DNA from: Magnetospirillaceae bacterium
Lineage (GTDB): Bacteria; Patescibacteriota; Saccharimonadia; Saccharimonadales; EFPC-124
Assembly: GCA_035538835.1 (NCBI GenBank)
Contig: DATLJN010000076.1
Span: 1 to 48,540 of the forward strand
DNA length: 48,540 bases
Direction of reading: 5' to 3'
Below are positions 45,548 to 48,540 of the stretch, in pieces. The number at the start of each line of letters is the position of its first letter. The stretch's first letter is position 1. The notes under the pieces are model-generated. The model worked only from the letters and a program-made list of their open reading frames with translations, ran no database searches and had not been told where the DNA came from. Made by a program: the position numbers and the translations under genes.

Positions 45548-45562
45548 GTGTTGTCTTTATTT

Positions 45563-48540
45563 TTATTCGTCTGCGAGCGATGGCTCACCGGCAACGCCCG
45601 TACCAACGGGGATCTTGCGGCCGATGATCACGTTTTCCTTTAGACCGTACAAGTTGTCGACGCGGCCACTGGTTGCGGCGTTAATCAACACGCGAGTCGT
45701 ATCTTGGAAGGATGCGGCGCTCAAGAAGCTATCGCTCCAAATTGATACTTTGGTGATACCGAGTAACAACTGGATAAACTGCGATGGGTTCTTACCTTCG
45801 CTGACGAGCTGTTTGTTGGTTTCGACAACAGCGGCTTTTGACACAATGTCGCCGGTTACAAACAGGCTGTCACCTGGGTCTTCTACCTGAACGCGACTAA
45901 ACATCTGGCGAACAATGATCTCCAAGTGTTTGTCGGCAATGTTCTGGCCCTGCGCGGCGTAAATTCGTAGCACTTCGTTGATGATGTAACGCTGAGTTGC
46001 CTCAACACCCTTTAGTCGCATCAAGTCGTGCAGGTTAAGCGAACCATTGCTCAGCCGGTCACCAGCTTCTACCTCGTCACCGGCAGCAACCGTGAGTTGC
46101 TTAAAGCCAGGGATTTCGTAGCGAGCAGGCGTTTGGTTGTTACTACTGAGCACAACGTGCGTTTTGGTTGCTTCAACAATACCGTCGAATGGCGCGGTGA
46201 TTGGGCGGGACTCGTCTTTATCAGCGGCAAGCACGTCGCCAGCAAGCACTTCGGTGCCGCTTTTAACGCGCGCTTTGCGGCCGTCGAGTTCCATCTTTTC
46301 GATCTTGCCCTTGCGCGGTGTGATCTGCACTATGTAGTTGTCGCCATCTTCCCATGTCTCAACCGTACCGGCGATTTCGGTCATGTACGCCTGGCCCTTT
46401 GGCTGGCGAGCTTCAAATAACTCGTCAACACGTGGCAGACCCTGGGTGATGTCTTCACCGGCCACACCAGATGCGTGGAAGGTGTTAAGCGTCAGCTGTG
46501 TACCCGGCTCACCGACTGATTGTGCGGCAATAACACCGACTGGCTGGTGAACGGCAATCAGTTTGTTGGTGGCCATGTCGATGCCATAGCTCTTCGGCGC
46601 AACGCCGCGGAGGTTTTGGCCGGATAGCACACTCATGATCTTAACTTCAGCAAGTGATTCATCGGCGTTGATAGCCGCAGCGATTTCGCGGGTGATTAAC
46701 TCACCTTGCTTAACGTGACCCTTAACAGTTTCGGCAGCGTAACGGCCAAACAAGCGGTCGCCAAACTCTACCATAGTCTCGATGGTTTCTTTGCGGTAAA
46801 TCGCAAAACCGAGGTCCTGAGCTTCTTCGTCGATCGTAAAGATGTCCTGAGACACATCTACCAAACGGCGAGTCAGGTAACCGGAGTCGGCGGTCTTAAG
46901 CGCGGTGTCAATCAGACCTTTACGGGTACCGCGGGTGGCAACAAAGGCTTCGAGCGGTGATAGGCCCTTTTTGTAGCTTGAACGAATTGGTAGCTCAATT
47001 TCTTTACCAGTAGCATCAACCATGACACCAATCATTGCGGTGGCAAGTTTGACGTTGCTAATGTCACCACGGGCACCAGAGCTGACCATCACGGCGATCG
47101 ACGTGTCTTCTTGTGCAAGGCGGCCTTGCAACAGTTCCAACACTTTTTTGTCGATACCGCGCCAGTTAGCAACGGTAAGGCTGTAGCGTTCTTCATCGGT
47201 AATCAAACCTTGTTCGTATTGCTGGCTAATCTTGGTGGCGCGGTCTTCGCCCTCGGCGATGATACCGTCGATTTCTGGCACCTCAAAGTAGTCAGTCATA
47301 CCGGTCGAAACGGCACCAAGCGTTGCGTATTCAAGCGCAATGTCCTTAACGGCGTCGGCGACTTGGGCGGTAATTTCTGAACCGTATTGTTCAAAGACAC
47401 TGGCAAGTACTTTGCCGAGGCGTTTCTTGCCCATCACGTCTTCGACGTAGGCGTAATCTTCTGGCAGAATTTCGTTAAAGTACACGCGGCCAAGGGTTGT
47501 TTCACGGACCTCGCCCTTAACAGGAACGATAATCGGCGTTTGCAACATAATACTGCCGGCTTCGTAGGCAAAAATTGCTTCGTTGACGCTGGCAAATCGG
47601 CGCACTTTATCAACCTGTGCGCTTGGTTTTGGATAGGTCAAGTAGTAGCAACCCAGCACGATGTCCTGGCTGATGTTCAAAATCGGCGAACCGTCAGCAG
47701 GTTTGAGCAGGTTGTTTGTTGCGCTCATTAAGTTGCGGGCTTCGGCCTGAGCAAGATCGCTCAGCGGAAGGTGCACAGCCATCTGGTCACCGTCGAAGTC
47801 GGCGTTAAAGCCCTTACAAACGAGTGGGTGCAGCTGAATCGCTTTACCTTCAATTAATTTTGGCTGGAAGGCCTGAATCGACAAACGGTGCAGCGACGGT
47901 GCCCGGTTAAGCAAAACGTACTTCTCTTTAATCACTTCGTCGAGTGCATCCCACACCTCTGATGCGCCAGATTCGATTAACCGAGTTGCGCTCTTAATAT
48001 TGTGGGCGTGTTCGTTTGCCAGCAATTCGGCAATCACGAATGGTTTAAAGAGCTCCAAAGCCATCAATTTTGGCAGACCACACTGGTGAATCTTAAGTTC
48101 CGGACCGGCAACAATAACCGAACGACCAGAATAATCCACACGCTTACCCAAAAGGTTCTGGCGGAAACGACCCTGTTTACCCTTAAGCATGTCACTGAGC
48201 GATTTAAGACGGCGGCGGCCACCAGTTGCGCTCACGGCGCGGCCACTGCGAGCAGCACTGTTGTCGATGAGTGCATCGACTGCTTCTTGTAACATGCGCA
48301 TTTCGTTGCGGCGAATAACCTCTGGCGCGTTGAGTTCGATCAATTTTTTGAGGCGGTTGTTGCGGTTAATGACACGGCGGTAGAGGTCGTTGAGGTCGGA
48401 TGTAGCAAAACGGCCGCCGGTAAGTTGCACCATTGGGCGAAGGTCTGGCGGAATAACTGGCAGAACGCTTACACACATACTGGTCGGCTTAATGCCCGCA
48501 CGGAGCATACCTTCTAGCACCTTGAGACGTTTGACAAGTT
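45563..48540 (-). CDS. rpoC: DNA-directed RNA polymerase beta' subunit (C-terminal ~990 aa; N-terminus beyond window end)
   Basis: [38 protein letters not shown], the [12 protein letters not shown] catalytic loop, and trigger-loop region motifs. The frame stays open to position 48540. Confidence 0.97.
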   Translation of the reverse strand, partial: LVKRLKVLEGMLRAGIKPTSMCVSVLPVIPPDLRPMVQLTGGRFATSDLNDLYRRVINRNNRLKKLIELNAPEVIRRNEMRMLQEAVDALIDNSAARSGRAVSATGGRRRLKSLSDMLKGKQGRFRQNLLGKRVDYSGRSVIVAGPELKIHQCGLPKLMALELFKPFVIAELLANEHAHNIKSATRLIESGASEVWDALDEVIKEKYVLLNRAPSLHRLSIQAFQPKLIEGKAIQLHPLVCKGFNADFDGDQMAVHLPLSDLAQAEARNLMSATNNLLKPADGSPILNISQDIVLGCYYLTYPKPSAQVDKVRRFASVNEAIFAYEAGSIMLQTPIIVPVKGEVRETTLGRVYFNEILPEDYAYVEDVMGKKRLGKVLASVFEQYGSEITAQVADAVKDIALEYATLGAVSTGMTDYFEVPEIDGIIAEGEDRATKISQQYEQGLITDEERYSLTVANWRGIDKKVLELLQGRLAQEDTSIAVMVSSGARGDISNVKLATAMIGVMVDATGKEIELPIRSSYKKGLSPLEAFVATRGTRKGLIDTALKTADSGYLTRRLVDVSQDIFTIDEEAQDLGFAIYRKETIETMVEFGDRLFGRYAAETVKGHVKQGELITREIAAAINADESLAEVKIMSVLSGQNLRGVAPKSYGIDMATNKLIAVHQPVGVIAAQSVGEPGTQLTLNTFHASGVAGEDITQGLPRVDELFEARQPKGQAYMTEIAGTVETWEDGDNYIVQITPRKGKIEKMELDGRKARVKSGTEVLAGDVLAADKDESRPITAPFDGIVEATKTHVVLSSNNQTPARYEIPGFKQLTVAAGDEVEAGDRLSNGSLNLHDLMRLKGVEATQRYIINEVLRIYAAQGQNIADKHLEIIVRQMFSRVQVEDPGDSLFVTGDIVSKAAVVETNKQLVSEGKNPSQFIQLLLGITKVSIWSDSFLSAASFQDTTRVLINAATSGRVDNLYGLKENVIIGRKIPVGTGVAGEPSLADE

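Noticed and set aside
1-48540. Searched for CRISPR arrays, tandem repeats, rRNA genes, and inteins or introns in conserved genes.
   Set aside because: No regularly spaced direct repeats were seen. Conserved proteins have normal lengths apart from the noted TrpRS insert and terminal tails. No rRNA-like sequence was found.

Overview
This window is a two-part mosaic. All G+C values are judged by eye, and functions come from motif recall, because no database search was possible.

(1) Positions 1 to about 9060 are G+C-rich mobile DNA (low-to-mid 60s %). It holds a partial IS1380-family transposase followed by a conjugation/mobilisation-type module. The module contains a small ORF, a TraD/VirD4-like P-loop ATPase, a replication-relaxation protein, an orphan N4/N6 DNA methyltransferase, a ribbon-helix-helix protein, a resolvase-domain-only protein and a large serine recombinase. 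The recombinase reading frame runs out of the island and ends inside an antisense tRNA-Tyr.

(2) Positions about 9060 to 48540 are a mid-G+C (high 40s %), tightly packed chromosome. It carries a tRNA-Thr/tRNA-Tyr operon, membrane and TPR proteins, holB, an RluA-family synthase, trpS and a poly-gamma-glutamate cluster (pgsC-like, pgsB, CHAP peptidase, capA/pgsA). On the minus strand it carries rpoC, rpsL-rpsG, fusA, tuf, rpsJ and the S10-spc-alpha ribosomal operons through rplQ-rplM-rpsI.

rpmD (L30), adk and map are missing from their usual slots. That fits a streamlined CPR/Patescibacteria (Saccharibacteria-like) genome, but this is an inference.

The most unusual signal is that this normally contiguous translation superoperon is interrupted at five junctions by compositionally atypical cassettes with a recurring layout. 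One cassette encodes a serpin-like protein preceded by a 50-bp near-perfect palindrome.
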